DNA of 64,000 nt, from assembly GCF_009914755.1 (NCBI RefSeq), contig NC_060925.1; one strand, 5' to 3'. The notes under the pieces are model-generated. The model was given only the letters and a program-made list of their open reading frames with translations, did not search any database and was not told where the DNA came from. The number at the start of each line of letters is the position of its first letter. The stretch's first letter is position 1. Both the position numbers and the translations under genes were made by a program. Shown here piece after piece: positions 13,608-31,378 of this stretch. The DNA is from the human T2T-CHM13v2.0 reference genome, Homo sapiens.

Positions 13608-14022
13608 AGACACGGTTTGGATGTTTTGTCCCCTCCAAATCTCATGTTGAAATATGACCTCCAGTGTTGGAGGTGGGCCTAGTGGGAGGTGTTTGGGTCA
13701 TGGGGGCAGTTCCCTAATAAATAGCTTGGTGCTGTCCCCATAGTAATGAGTAAGTTCTCAGTCTATTCATTCATGAGAGAGCTGGCTGTTTAAAAGAGAT
13801 AGCATCTCCCCCCTCACTTGCTCCCTCTTTCGCCATGTGACATGCCAGCTCCCCCTCTGCCTTCTGCCATGATTGGAAGATTCTTGAGGCCTCACCAAAA
13901 GCAGATGCTGGCACTACACTTCTTGTACAGCTTGCAGAACTGTGAGCCAAACAAACCTGTTTTCTTTATAAATTACCCAGTCTCCAGTATTCCTTTATAG
14001 TAATGCAAAATGGGCTAACACA
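13608..14022 (+). mobile_element. MSTB-like solo LTR (ERVL-MaLR)
   Basis: ACGGTTTGGATG...CAGAACTGTGAGCCAAACAAACC...CTAACACA; 5-bp TSD GGAGG/GAAGG. Confidence 0.9.
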
Positions 14023-14859
14023 GAAGGCTTTGTCACCAGCAGCAATCAGTTGGCACAGTGGGTCTCAGGGCAGAAGTATACCCCTCCCCTTTCCTATGTC
14101 CCAGTGAGTGACTTTGAGCAACTCACTGAATTTCTCTCAACCTCAGTTTTCCCATCAGTGTTGCCCCATACTATCATGAGATAAAGGACAGGAAAGTACT
14201 TGGTAAGTTCTAGAATGTGGTGCAAGGGGCAGTTATCATTACTATCTAAATCCTACCCAGGTCTCCATGTTACTCTGATCCTTGCCAAGGGGGATGCAGG
14301 AGGCTGGCTGGGGAAACAGAAGAACATGTAAGTATTTCAATGTGCCTGGGGCTTCTCCGCATGTTGTCTTATTTAATCCAGTGAGGTGGATGTCACTGTC
14401 ACCATTCCACAGATGAGGTTAAGTGGCCTGCCTAAGGCCACACTGCTAAGATGCTACCTAGCCCGGACCTGAACCAAATGCTGTGTAGCTCCCAAAACTG
14501 TGCATTTTGACCATTACACTAACCAACCTCCCTCTTGCCCACTTACTGCAGCCCACCCCATCAGGGCCAGATCTTGTTTCCAAAAACCCAGAGAAGCAAC
14601 CCCACCTCAAAAGAAGGCCTCTGCTCCCACTTTTCCCCTCAGATCAGACCTACCGGCTTGTGCTCTGTTCTGAGCCAGACCTGACCCCAGTTTGCCAAAC
14701 TGGCTGGAATGTGGCTTTGGACTAGGCCCCCCTTGAAGACACAGCTTTCCTCACCACCCCTCCCCCATCCAGTCTCTCCCCTCAACCCTCCACCCAGTGA
14801 TGTGCTCAGCCCTTCCCTCCCCAGAAGCAAGGGCACTGGAGATGCAGTACTTGCCCTTA

Positions 14860-15030
14860 GGCCAAAGGTTCTCAAACATTACAATGCACAAGAATTACTG
14901 GGGCAATGCAATGAAAATGCAGTCATCATCCACAGAGATCCCGAGTCAGCAGATCCACAGTGGGGCCCACAAATCTGGATTTTTAAGAAAGTGATTCCAA
15001 AACAGGTGGTCCATGCTGCCCTGGACTCTC
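14860..15030. mobile_element. MER5-like hAT MITE
   Basis: GGTTCTCAAAC...GAGTCAGCAGATCCACAGTGGGGCCCACAAATCTGGATTTTTAA. Confidence 0.55.
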
Positions 15031-15794
15031 AGGCCTGTGGTCTTTTCTCTGGGCTGGAAGTTTGCACTGATTATGGATCCCAGATACTACACTTCTCAGG
15101 GGCAGGTATCACCCTCATGTGAGGCAGCTCTCACTGTCACCGTTCTGCATTACAGAGATCATGTAGTGGTCCTTCCCTTCTTCCACTTTACAGATGAGAA
15201 AGTTGGGGCCTAGAGAGAAAAGGAGACTCCTCCAAGGTCAGGCCACTGGTTAATGGTAGAACCAGGACTGGGGCCTGGGGCTGCTGACAGTCAAGGCAGT
15301 CCAGTACCCAAGAGGCCCAGACATCTGGGGAGGCAGTGGTAGGAAGTGAAGCCATGGCAGCCACAGAGTCTTTGGGTCACTTAGCTGTGGGGCTGTGGGA
15401 TGACTCCACAGGGACTAGGAGCCTTTCACACTGATTTATGAGATGGTCCCTGCCAGAGGACTCCTGGGCAGGGATGCCATTTGTTACTTCCCCAAGGAAA
15501 GCCCCAAAATGATGATCACAGCACACAGATCCAGCACAGGAACACACACACAGTCTCTCATTAATAACTCCTGGGCCATCTGGTACAACAGCAACTGGGG
15601 CTCCAGACCTGGGCATCAGGTGCAGGGAACGTGACAAGAGGTGGCACAGAGCTGGGCTCTTTCTGCCAACAGGAGAGGAGTTTGTGCAACACACTGAATA
15701 AGAATTTGGGGAAAGCACAGGTGCATCCATACCCAAATCTAGAGAAGTGTGGGACCTCCTTGGAGTTCAACCCATTCCACACCAAAGGTCTACA

Positions 15795-15945
15795 GCAGCA
15801 CTGTGCAATAGAACTTTCTGCCATGATGGAGATATTCTTTATCTGCTCTAAGACTCTAGTCACTGCCCACATGTGGGTATTGAGCACTTCATATGTAGCT
15901 AATGGGACTAAGGAACTTTTTTTAACTTTAATAAACACTAAAATT
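15795..15945. mobile_element. MER3-like hAT MITE
   Basis: CAATAGAACTTTCTGCCATGATGGA...CCACATGTGGGTATTGAGCACTT. Confidence 0.7.
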
Positions 15946-15949
15946 AGTT

Positions 15950-16469
<520 letters not shown>

Positions 16470-16919
16470 TGACACACTGTCTGGGCTACACTGCAATACA
16501 CATACATGCACACACGCACATCCATGAGGGCTTGTCATGAATAAAACACCAGCAGCGGCATTTGGAGCCTTTATTCAGTGAAACAGACATGGATCCCTGA
16601 GTGACAAAGTGGCCAGTGTGATGGGAAGAAGTACAACCCCTGTCTTGGAGAACCTTCCAATCAGATGGAAGAAGCAGAGAAACTACATAGGTTCAAGCTG
16701 GGGGGTGTCATGAATCTGAAGGGAAGTATCCTATTGAACTGTTGACTCCCTGACTCCATTTCAGCTGGTCCTAAGAAAGCCTTTGGGGTTCCTGGGAGCT
16801 CCAGGATGAGCTCTCCCTGAGCCTCTCTGAAAGTGAAAGTTTGGAGAAAGCGAAGCATGGCATCTCAGATGATCACTTCTCTCACACTCCAGAGAAGGTG
16901 GGGGAGGGGGGAATCTGCT

Positions 16920-17200
16920 ACAGCTAATTAGGAAAATGCATTAAGAACATAACTTACAAATGGCCCCATGGGTCCCCACATCTCATTTGCATTGAGCTGT
17001 TGTTACCTTATTGATTATATTAAATTAGGAGATAGTCACAACTGTCTGCAATACAACAATTACCATCATCAAACCAATTAGTATCAAATGGGATGTGGTC
17101 CCTGTCACTCCAGCGCTGCACTTGGCTATTTCCAACACCGTTAGCCCAGCCTTACGAAATAATTGTGTTTCTAATGAAATGACGGCAATCAGCAGAGATA
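16920..17200. promoter_or_regulatory. Candidate homeodomain/POU enhancer
   Basis: TAATTA 16925, ATTTGCAT 16985, CCAATTAG 17074, several TAAT/ATTA in unique AT-rich island. Confidence 0.4.
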
Positions 17201-17263
17201 TTCCCAAGAGATCCACTCCTATTTCCATGGCCCTGTGTCAGGATAGCTTGAAACACAAGCACA

Positions 17264-17572
17264 GGCCGGGCGCAGTGGCTCACGCCTGTAATCCCAGGAC
17301 TTTGGGAGGCCAAGGTAGGTGGATCACTTGAGGTCGGCAGTTTGAGACCAGCCTGGACAACATGGTGAAACCCTGTCTCTACTAAAAATACAAAAATTAC
17401 CCGGGTGTGGTGGTATGCACCTATAATCCCAGCTACTTGAGAAGCTGAGGCAGGAGAATCACTTGACCCTGGAGGTGGAGGTTGCAGTGAGCCGAGATCG
17501 CGCCACTGCACTCCAGCCTGGGGGACAGAGCTAGACTCTGTCTCAGAAAGAAAAAAGAAAAAAGAAAGAAAA
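17264..17572 (+). mobile_element. AluS
   Basis: full Alu; 14-bp TSD GAAACACAAGCACA at 17250 and 17573. Confidence 0.95.
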
Positions 17573-17694
17573 GAAACACAAGCACAAGCAAAATGATACA
17601 ACTGGTGTCTTCAGTAGCCAAGTCCTTATGGACAAACTACCCCTGGCCCCAGAAACCCTTCATCCATCAGTCACAGAATTTCATTCATAGGTAA

Positions 17695-18090
17695 GTTCAC
17701 ACACAATCCATGTGTGCAAACTTGGTTGTCAACACCCTCTCACAACTAGAATACACACATAAAACATGTTCAAACCTGCTCACACGGAGACACACGCCTC
17801 TCCATGAACTTCATGCACACACTCCCACAGCTCACCCTTAAGCTGTGCCTCAAGGCACTCATACTCACCCACGCACCCTCACACCCTGTCATACCTTCTA
17901 CACAGGTCTGCACCCAGCACACATGTACAGTTACACACACGATTGTTCACCCAACACATATAAGCAAGCACACGCTAAACAGCCACACACTTGTGCAAGG
18001 AACCAAGCGCAGGATATAGACTTATACACACACAGCCCAGCATCCGCATGGTGACTCATCACACTCCCCCACAGTCACACACAAGCACAC
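17695..18090. repeat. Degenerate CA-rich low-complexity region
   Basis: cacacac-type runs. Confidence 0.7.
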
Positions 18091-18979
18091 ACCAGTTTTG
18101 GAGACACTTTAGACAGAATCCAGAAGCCTGGCAGGAGGACCCTAAGACCGCTTCTCCTCGCTGCTCAGGGCCAGGAACCTCATTCTTCAGAAACCTCCGC
18201 ACTACCACTCTACAACCCCCAAGACTGGCATACCTACCCCGTGGTGTAGGAGGAAGCCTTGTCCAAGATCACTGGCAGCTTTACAGTTCTCTCAACGATT
18301 GCAAAGGAGGCAAGCGAGGAGAGAAGGGCAGAAAACCAGATGCCTTGGGCTTTCCTGTGCAGAGGCAGCCTTTGCAGAGGAGCTTCCTCATAGCTTCTCC
18401 TTTGCGATGGTGTCTGTTCATTTGCTCACATGGCTTTACCCCAGTTGCCATTTATTGAGCACTTACCCTATGCCTGTCATGGAGATATCCCTTCCTTGAC
18501 TCAATATTTCCTGGGTGCCTCCCATACCCTGGGTGCTGTTTTGGGTGCTCGAGATTCCACCATAAGCAAAACATAGTCCCTGTTCTTATGATACAGTCTA
18601 CAGGCAGAGACCGACCAGAAAGTTGTAAACCACTACATATAAATATGTAAGAGCTATGAATAAAAATAAAGCAGAGAGAACAGAGCGTGGGTTGCTGTTT
18701 TAGACAAGGAGGTCAGAAAGTTCCCCCTGATAAGGTGACATTTAAGGAGTGACCTGCCAGAAGGCGAAGCAAGCCATGTAAATACAGCCCTGTGTCACAT
18801 AACAGCGCTTCGGTCATCCACGGACCACATACACAAACAGTGATCCCATAAGCCTATAATGGACCTGAAAATGTCCTATCACTAGTGACACGGTAGCTGT
18901 CATAACATCAAGCAGTGGAAATGTCATAGCACAACAGGTTACTCATGCCTTTATGGTAGGACTGGTGTAAGCAAACCTA

Positions 18980-19336
<357 letters not shown>

Positions 19337-19987
19337 TTATGTACAAGTACATAATACTTGAAAATAAACGACAATGTTACTGACTTATGTATTTACTATG
19401 CTATGCTTTTTATTGTTATTTCAATGTGTACTCCTGCTACTTATGAAAAAAAAAAAAAAAAAAACCTAACTGTAAAACAGCCTTAGGCAGGTCCTTCAGG
19501 AGCTATTCCAGAAGGCATTGTTATCAGAAGAGATGACAGCTCTATGTATGCTATTGCCCCTGAAGACCTTCCAGTGGGACAAGATGTGGAGATGGAAGAC
19601 AGTGATATTGATGATCCTGACCCTAGGTAGGCCTAGGCTAATGTGTGTGTTTGTGTCTTCATTTTTAACAAAAAAGTCTAAAAAGAAAAAAAAAGAAAAG
19701 GAAATAATTTTATAATAGAAAAAAGCCTAAATTGACAGTTTTTACAAAAGGTATATATGAAAAGAAAAAAATCTTATATAGAATAAGGATATAAACAAAG
19801 AAAATAATTTCATATAGCTGTATATGTCTATGTTTTAAGCTATGTGTTATTACAACAGTCCAAAAGTTTTTACAAATCAAAAAAAGATAAGAGTAAAAAT
19901 GTTACATTTTTATTATTGAAGAAAAGAAAAAAGTTTATGAATTTAGTGTAGCCTAAGTGTACGGGGTTTATAAAGTCTACAGTAGTG

Positions 19988-20306
19988 GGTCGGGTGCGGT
20001 GTCTCACGCCTATAATTCCCAGCACATGGGAAGGCCGAGGGGGACAGATCACTTGAGGTCAGGAGTTTGAGACCAGCCTGGCCAACATGGCGAAATCCTG
20101 TCTCTATTAAAAATACAAAAGTTAGCCGGGCGTGGTAGCGCATGCCTGTAATTCCAGCTACTCAGGAGGCTGAGGCAGGAGAATCAGTTGAAACCAGGAT
20201 GCGGAGGTTGCAGTGAGCCAAGATTCCACCACTGCACTCCAGCCTGGGCGATAGAGTGAAACACTGTCTCAAAACATAAAAAAAAAAAAAAAAAAGAAAA
20301 AAAAAA
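19988..20306 (+). mobile_element. AluS in Tigger, no TSD
   Basis: full dimeric Alu with polyA. Confidence 0.93.
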
Positions 20307-20719
20307 GAATCCATCCCCATCACTAAGCAACCCATGACTATGAATATGGGGACAGCATGCCAGGTGGAGGGAACAGCCAGTGCAAAGGGCCTGCAGCAGG
20401 TGCACAGGTGCCATTCCTCAGAGCAGTAATGCAACCAGCCTAGCTGGAGAGAGTAAGCAAGAGAGGTGCTGAGAGGTGTTGCCTATTTCAGGTGCATTAT
20501 CTCATTTAACCATCACACCTCTGTAGGAGATGGAATATTATCATCTCTAATTTAGATGAGAAAACTGAGGCTCAGAGAGGTAACGGAACAGTGCCACGTC
20601 ACACAGCTCTGAAGATACTGAGCAGAGATGCATGCCTGGGTCTGCCCATTCCAGGACTGCCTCTTAGCCCCAGGCCCTTTCTTTCCCTCAGCCACCCGTC
20701 TCCCTGCCAGGTTGTACCG

Positions 20720-20890
20720 GGCCTGTTAACATAAAGTCGTACACTAGCTTACGCTCACATGGTCATCAAAGTCATGATGGATCTATTAATTCATTGCTGG
20801 AGCTTTCATTACACACATTATTACAATGCACATGATTATGGTTGTTAGTGGCGCTTACAACTACAAACACCATTAATAACTCATAACTCT
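20720..20890. promoter_or_regulatory. Candidate TCF/homeodomain enhancer
   Basis: CATCAAAG 20764, ATTAATTCATT, CATTATTA, TGATTATG, CATTAATAA. Confidence 0.35.
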
Positions 20891-21689
20891 TTCCATCACC
20901 ACAAAGGGGCCTTCTCCAGTGTGTATGTCCCTCATAACATACACACAGAGCCAGGAAGGGACCCCTATGAGTGCTGGGGAAACAACCCCCTTATCAGAGA
21001 GTGGTGCCTCCAAGTCCTCAGCTGTCTGCCCCAGCCCCCGCAGTCACCCCCTTTATCCACCCCAGGGGGCCCAGGCCCTAGCCATCCCAGAGCTGTCCTC
21101 CTCCATCTTGGCTCTGCTGCCTGGAGTTATTTTGATTCACTTGCTTCTTTGGGTTAGAGTGGAAGAAAGGGCAGAAGCAGCCTGCAACATGCAGAGAATT
21201 GAACACTGACTATGGCTAATCCACAATTCAAGGTCCAGTATTAGGCAGGAAGGAAGGAAGTCCCTGAAACAAAACATCAGAGGTTCAAAGAGTTCGCCAG
21301 AATCATCTCTAGCTAAAAGGAGATGAAGAAATAAGAAAATATTTTTGTCTCTAGATCTTTGAAAATGCTACATGTAAACCTTTTCTCAGTTAATCTTGAC
21401 AACGACCTTATGAGAAAATCATTACATGCATTTTATAAACGTAGAAGCAGTGGCTCAGAGACATTGAATCACTTGCCTGAGGTCACACAGCTAGTAAGTG
21501 GTAGGGCTGGGATTTAAACCTAGGTTGATCTGGCATCACAGCCTGTGGTCCTGCCTGAGTTGCCAGATCAGAGGGATTGAGAAGGGTCACAGCATGCCCA
21601 GCTGACTGTTCCGCAGCAAGACATTCCCTCCACTGTGATCCTCTCCCTACAGAGGCACCTGAAGGGAGTGGACTTAAGACAGCAAAAGG

Positions 21690-21985
21690 GGCCAGGCACG
21701 GTGGCTCACGCCTGTAATCCCAGGACTTTGGCAGGCTAAGGCAGACAGATCACAAAGTCAAGAGATCGAGACCATCCTGGCCAACATGGTGAAACCCCGT
21801 CTCTACTAAAAATACAAAAATTAGCTTGGCTTGGTGGCAAGTGCCTGTGGTCCCAGCTACTTGGGAGGCTGAGGCAGGAGAATCACTTGAACCCAGGAGC
21901 CAGAGGTTTCAGTAAGCTGAGATCGCACCACTGCACTCCAGCCTGGCAACAGAGCAAGACTCCATCTCAAAAAAAAAAAAAAAAA
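21690..21985 (+). mobile_element. AluSc-like
   Basis: GTCAAGAGATCGAGACCATCCTGGCCAACATGG; TSD AAGACAGCAAAAGG/AAGATAGCAAAAGG. Confidence 0.93.
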
Positions 21986-22209
21986 GATAGCAAAAGGGAG
22001 GGAGGGAAAGGGAATTGGAGGAGAGAGAAATAAGGAAGAGGGGATTGGGGGAGAAAACAAAGGAGTTAAAGGAGAGGAGAAAGGAATAAAGAAGGAGACA
22101 AAGGAAGAGGAGGCCCACATGCCCCACCACCCTCCACCCCACTCCATACCTAACGTGCATTTGCCACACATGATCCTTAATCCATATTCCAATATATGAC
22201 AAGAATTAG

Positions 22210-22584
<375 letters not shown>

Positions 22585-22902
22585 TAATCTTCATAGCAAC
22601 ATTCTTCATGAGTGAGCAGCCACACAACACTGCTGTCCTTTCTCCACTCATGTGCTTCCACATCTCTGTGCCTCTGCCTAAAATGCCATTCCCTACCCTC
22701 ATTCCCAGCCTCATTGGCTGGCAAACTCCCAACCATTCTTCAACACTCAACTCAAATGTCACCACCTCTATGGAGCCACCCATGACTCTCCAGCTATACC
22801 AGTTGAGTAATGCAGATATGTGGGAAAAGTTCATTTTCTTCTCCTCCCTGCCTTCAATCTTATCTCCCTGAGGTTACAACAGATGACACATCTTTTCATA
22901 TA

Positions 22903-23234
22903 CCATCATCCCTCAGTATCCACAGGGAGATTCGTTCTAGGACCCCCCCCAGATATCAAAATCTGCAGATGTTCAAGTTCCTAATATAAAATGGTATTGT
23001 ACTTGCAACTAACCTACACATACCCACCCATATACTTTTGATCATCTCTAGATTACTTATAATACCTAATGCAATGTAAATGCTATGTAGCTATACTGTA
23101 TTTTTATTTGTATTCATTTTTACTGTTAAATATTTTTTCTTTTTTTTTTCTTTTTTTTTTTTTTTACATTTTTGAGCTGTAGTTGGTTGAATGAATCTAT
23201 GGATACAGAACCCCCTGATGAAGAGGGCCGGCTG
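22903..23234. mobile_element. MER2-like TcMar-Tigger MITE
   Basis: TA|CCATCATCCCTCAGTATCC...GAGGGCCGGCTG|TA; ATCATCTCTAGATTACTTATAATACCTAAT. Confidence 0.85.
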
Positions 23235-23296
23235 TAATTTTCTAGACCCTTACAGACAAACAAAAAAAATGTGGGCTTTTTAAATTTCTATTTATT

Positions 23297-23600
<304 letters not shown>

Positions 23601-23609
23601 TTATGTATC

Positions 23610-24035
23610 TAATAAAAATAGGATTCACATTACTCCAAACTTGCTTTGTTCACTTAACACATCATGAACCACCCTTGAGGTCAGTGCATCTGGAAGGTTC
23701 TCCCTCCTGTCATTAGCTGGGTCACCATCCGCAGCCATCAGTTAACCATTTCCCTCCTGATAGATATTCGACTGTTTCATTCATGACTACAGATGGTGCA
23801 GTAGTAAATGTCTTTGTGCATTTATCCTTATGTTCTGATGCTTTTATTCCCGCAGGCTAGACTCCCCAAAGAACAATTTGTGAATCAAGGGTGTTCGTAC
23901 TTTAAATTTTAATTGCCACTGCTGATTTTGTTCCCTAGCACTCACGGCAATTCTCAGTCCCCAGCAATGGATGCAAAAGCCCTCTTCCCACATCATGGCC
24001 AGAACTGGACATTCTTTTTGCATTCTTGCCAATAG
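23610..24035 (-). mobile_element. Old L1M fragment
   Basis: CTTCCCACATCATGGCCAGAACTGG...TTCTTGCCAAT resembles antisense L1 ORF2 end. Confidence 0.5.
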
Positions 24036-24562
24036 ATGGATGATAGTACCTATCCCATAGAATTGTTGTGAGGTTTAAATGTAAAATACAGTACCCATCA
24101 TTTAAGTCTCTAATAAACATTAGCCATTTATTTAACTCCGATGTTATCTTATTATTATATATCTAAGGAAAGCCTAGAGTACATGACTTCTAGATTCAGG
24201 AGACTGTATTTTTTTAAGCAGACCTAGATTCCAAGCCAGCCTTTCCTGACCAGAGCTTTGTGGCTCTCAGCTAGCCACTTAACCTCTTGGAGCCTCAGTT
24301 GCTTCACCTGTAGAACAGGGATGATGAGCCCTGGGCTTTCTCCTTCACAAGAGAGTAATAGATCTCAAATGAATTCATGAATGTGAAACCACCCTGGAAA
24401 AAAAAAAAACCTAAGACTTCACACAAGTGTGGGGGTTTTATGCTACCAGTTCCACTGATGACCAGGCATAACCTCTGGGTAATTACCAGGAAGCCACTTC
24501 TTAAAGAAGCAGCAACCGTCACAGTCAGAGACAAAGGTGGAGGTCCCCTGATTCTTGGTCCT

Positions 24563-24923
24563 TGTATTAGTCTGTTCTTGCAATGCTATAAAAAAACTAC
24601 CTGAGACTGGGTAATTTATAGAGAAAAGGGGTTTAATGGGCTCATGGTTCCACGCTGCCGAGGAGGCCTCAGGAAAATTACAATTATGGTAGAAGGCAAA
24701 GGGAAAGCAGGCACATCTACATGGCAGGAGCCGGAGGAAGAAAGACAGCAAAGGGGGAGGTGCTACACACTTTTAAACAACCAGATCTCGTGAGAACTCA
24801 CTCACTATCACGAGTGCAAGGGGACCCTATAATCCAATCACCTCCCACCAGGCCCCTCCTCCAACACTGGGGATTACAATTCCACATGAGATCTGGGTGG
24901 GAACACAGAGCCAAACCATATCA
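24563..24923 (-). mobile_element. MSTA/B-like solo LTR
   Basis: TGTATTAGTC...CCAAACCATATCA with perfect 5-bp TSD GTCCT. Confidence 0.93.
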
Positions 24924-27507
24924 GTCCTCAGCCCTTCAGCCAGGCATTTGTGCTCCAGGGATCCTTGAGAACAGGGTGCATCCGTGGATACAAGCATGGG
25001 GTCATGTAAGGAGCTCCAAAAGAATCCCCTCCTACTCACAAATGCCCCCTAACCCAGAAGCTATTGTCAGCTGTCTGACATTTCACCATTAGAGACCCAT
25101 TCCTCCCTACAACACTCCCCAAAGGATCAAGTGGATTCCCATGACTTCCCATATTACTTATGAAACATTTCCTGAGCACACGCTTTGTGCCAGGTAGGGT
25201 GCCCAGTACTCTGCACATGGTGCCTCAGGATCAACTCTATGCTGACACTGCCAAAGCCCACCTCTACAGCTCGGACTTCTCTCCAAGCTTCAGACCCACA
25301 TTCCCATCTGTCTACTAGAAACCCTGCCCTCAACCTCCCACAGGCATCGCAAACTCCTCAGACCCCAAAGTGAACTTACCAGCCTCCTCCACAAACCCAA
25401 ATTCCCTCCTCCTGCTTCCCCATCTCCGGGCCTGGCTTCCTGATCTCCAGCCCACACCACCAAAAGCCTCAGCATTCCCCAGAGAAAGGAGGGTCCCTCT
25501 CCTCACCACCTGCAACCCACCAGTTATTGAGCCCATACATTCAGGTGTCTTCTCCATCACCCTGCCCAGGGCCAGTTCTAGGATGGGATGAGTGAAGCAA
25601 AATTCAGAAGGCTCCTGCAAGGGCTGGCCCTGAGAGGGAGCAGGGCCACTTAAATGTGGTGTCCCCAGAGCCTCACTTGCCTACCCTGGTCCTGGCCTGG
25701 CCCACGCTCTAGATCAGGCCAGCTCAGCTCATCTCCTCTCACTGGACTAAGGCAGCAACCACCTACCTTGCCTCCCTGCCTGTCCTCTCACCCTCCAACC
25801 AACCTCTTCTCTGCAACCAGATAATATTCACAAGTCTCAGCTTTGACCATATCACATCCTCAAGAACCTTAGAGGCCTCACCATCACCTGCTGAATTACG
25901 TACCGAGCCTGGCATTCACACAGGACTCACCAGCCTCCACGCTGACAAAATCAACTTCCGTTTAAAACTACCCCGCCCAGACGGCCAGCTCAGAGATGGC
26001 ATCTGATTGGACCATGAATGAGCACCTGAAACAAGGGCAGCCCATCTATAGGCTATCTCATAGCCTATCACATGGCCTGACACAAAAGGCTCCGCAAAGA
26101 GAAAATAGTCATCAGCTGAGCCAATTGAATGTCTTCTCTCAGGTGGTTGAATGGAAGGAAAAAGAGAAGAGTTGGTGAAGTGTTAGCAGGACAGGAAAGG
26201 CAGCCACAAGGAATTGACCACAAGTTGTGTTAATAGAGTTAATAAATTCCCTCCCGATGCTGAGGTCCTGGCGCCATCTTAAATCCAGTCTGCCTCAGTT
26301 TCCTGCGGGCCCCAGCCCTGACAGTTTCTCTTGTAGGATTTCCACGAGTGCCCTTATTATGCCACTAGTGTCTCGAGTGAGCTAGCTTGAGAGGACCTCT
26401 GATCCATAAAACCAAAACATGCAAGGCTCTTTGCAATACATCCCTGCTTAGAATCTTAGCTGCAAGTAACAGACACCACCTCAAGCTGACATCACTGGGG
26501 CTCTTACAACAAAGATACAAGGAACTTCGTGGAAGAGGACTGGAGCTGGAATGCAGAAGGCCAGCAGGAATGTCAGTCCTTTCTCTCTCCCACTCCACAG
26601 TCCACTTGGTTGCTGGGTAGAACCTGCCCAATCCCAGCCTCCCAGTGAGAGATGCAATCACTCACAGACAAACCCTGCTCTCTCCCAGTCCCAGCCCTAT
26701 ATTTCCAGAAAAGAGAGTCTAATTGACACTATTTGGGTCAGATATCTAATCAGCCATGAATCATGAGACCAGCTCATCAGGGAGACACATGGCTCCCGAG
26801 CCTCTGAATTATTCTTCTAGGTTAATCATTGCCTTATCCCTGTTCAGCCCTCCCATGGCTGTGTCCTCAGTGAGGTTCTGAGGTGGGAACTAGAAGTAGG
26901 AGGCCCTGCCTTTCCTGAACTTGATCTAGCTCACTCAGGCCTGGCACTGTGTGAAGAAGGTTGGATCCCACCAAGACCCAGGGCAGGAGACAGCTGTCTG
27001 GAGAGGGATGGAAACCCCAGCTCCTGCCAGACAGCCCAAGCTTGAATGTGACACTCACACACCCACAAGAAAAGAGGCATCCAACATTTCTGTGCAGTTC
27101 CAAAAAGCTGGAGACATCTCACACCCACAAATAATAATCATGATTTTCTGTAATTATTATTTGTGTATTTTGCATAATTGTCATAATTATTATCATCAGC
27201 TCATCAGCTTCCCATCCCAGCATGCCCTCCTCCCGTCCTCAGCCCTGAAATCTGATCACATGGACACCCTTTCCTGCCTCTGACTTCCTCCCGAGAGCCA
27301 GTTCTCAGGGATCCCATCAGGAAATGGCATAGGACGTTCCTGAGGGCTCTTCTCCACTGTTTGTCCTTCCAGAATATTTCTGGCCTCAGTGCTAACTCTG
27401 TGCAGGGCTTATGGTCGCTGCTGGGAGAGGAGACAGGGAATGAGAGAAGAGCTCCCTCACTCTCTCACTCTAGGGAAATAGATAAGGCCTCCCTGCTCCA
27501 CTCCAAC

Positions 27508-28595
<1,088 letters not shown>

Positions 28596-28953
28596 CACCA
28601 CAGCCCAAGACACTAACCGAGGCTGTGATCAGTGCCCTCACAGAGACCCAAATAGAGTCCTCTGAGGGGGTCAGAGTAGGGCAGTGTGCTTCCTATGGAT
28701 GAGTCTGCAGAAACGTCCTAGACACATCCCCAAGGAGAAACACCAAGCCACACCTTCCTTAGTGGGACAGTTCATGAGGCTCGGGATCACGAACTCAGCA
28801 GCTCCCACTCAGTGGCATGCCTTACACCAACTCACTGCTTCTTGTCTATCTACTCCACCCTCCTAAGGGGGCACCCTCAGTAATCCCTACCCTCAGGTGC
28901 CTGTCTGCTCCCAGCTTCACACTACTTCTATTACAGGAACCCCCACCTGCACC

Positions 28954-28957
<4 letters not shown>

Positions 28958-28989
<32 letters not shown>

Positions 28990-29004
28990 ACACACGCATG
29001 CACA
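28958..29004. repeat. (CA)n microsatellite
   Basis: pure CA run followed by degenerate units. Confidence 0.9.
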
Positions 29005-29038
29005 TCTCCAACTTAGCCCCAAGAGCATCTGAGCCTGA

Positions 29039-29791
<753 letters not shown>

Positions 29792-29918
29792 TTACATACC
29801 TAAGTATGCAGATTGAGATTCCTATACCATAGCTAACATTTATTGAGAAACGTCAAGAAGCAAAACAAAGACCAGCAGAACTAAATTAAATAATAACAAA
29901 ATAAAACAAAATCTGAAA

Positions 29919-30670
<752 letters not shown>

Positions 30671-31378
30671 TTATTGTGGTTCTTTTACTCATAGATGAAA
30701 ACTAGCACTCTACCAAGGGCGGGATGGAGGATGAGTCCAGTGGTTATACACAGCTGGACACAGCAAATCCCATTGCTCATAGGTCCAGGGTCTCCAGTTC
30801 AGTCCAGAAAGGATCTGGCACATGTCACATGGTGACAACAGCCCTCGGCTTTGATCCATCATAGGCGAGTGCTGCTGAAAGTGGATGTTCTCCCTTGCCC
30901 GGTGCTAACACTTCTTGTGCACTTACTATGTTTAAGGATTCTGCCTCCCTCAACCAGAGGGGCAGTGGTTAAGAATCCAGGCTCGGGGCCAGACCACCTG
31001 TATCCAATCCCCCATTTAAGACTTGAATGAGTCAATACCTCAGCTTTCTCTTCTATAAAATGGGTAATGATAGCAACTACCACATAGGATTGTCAAGAGG
31101 ATTAGATGTGTTATTCTGTGAACAGCCCTTGGTAGATACAATCTTTTAAGAGATGACCATTATTATCTCATTAATCTTGACATCAAGAGGCAGATCGTAT
31201 TCTTATCTCTGTTTTACAGATGGGGCACTGTGACTTGCTCACAGCCTACTTCCCACCATACGCAGCTGCCGTCACCACTGCACCCTGGGTTTCAAGAATT
31301 GGCAGTGTCGTGCCAGGGCTCAGGGTGGGGAGGACTTGCTTATGGTGGCCATTACTCCACAGTGATGCTGTGAGACGC

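Noticed and set aside
17152-17621. Many ORFs with [12 protein letters not shown] / [15 protein letters not shown] peptides here and throughout the window
   Set aside because: Standard Alu translations
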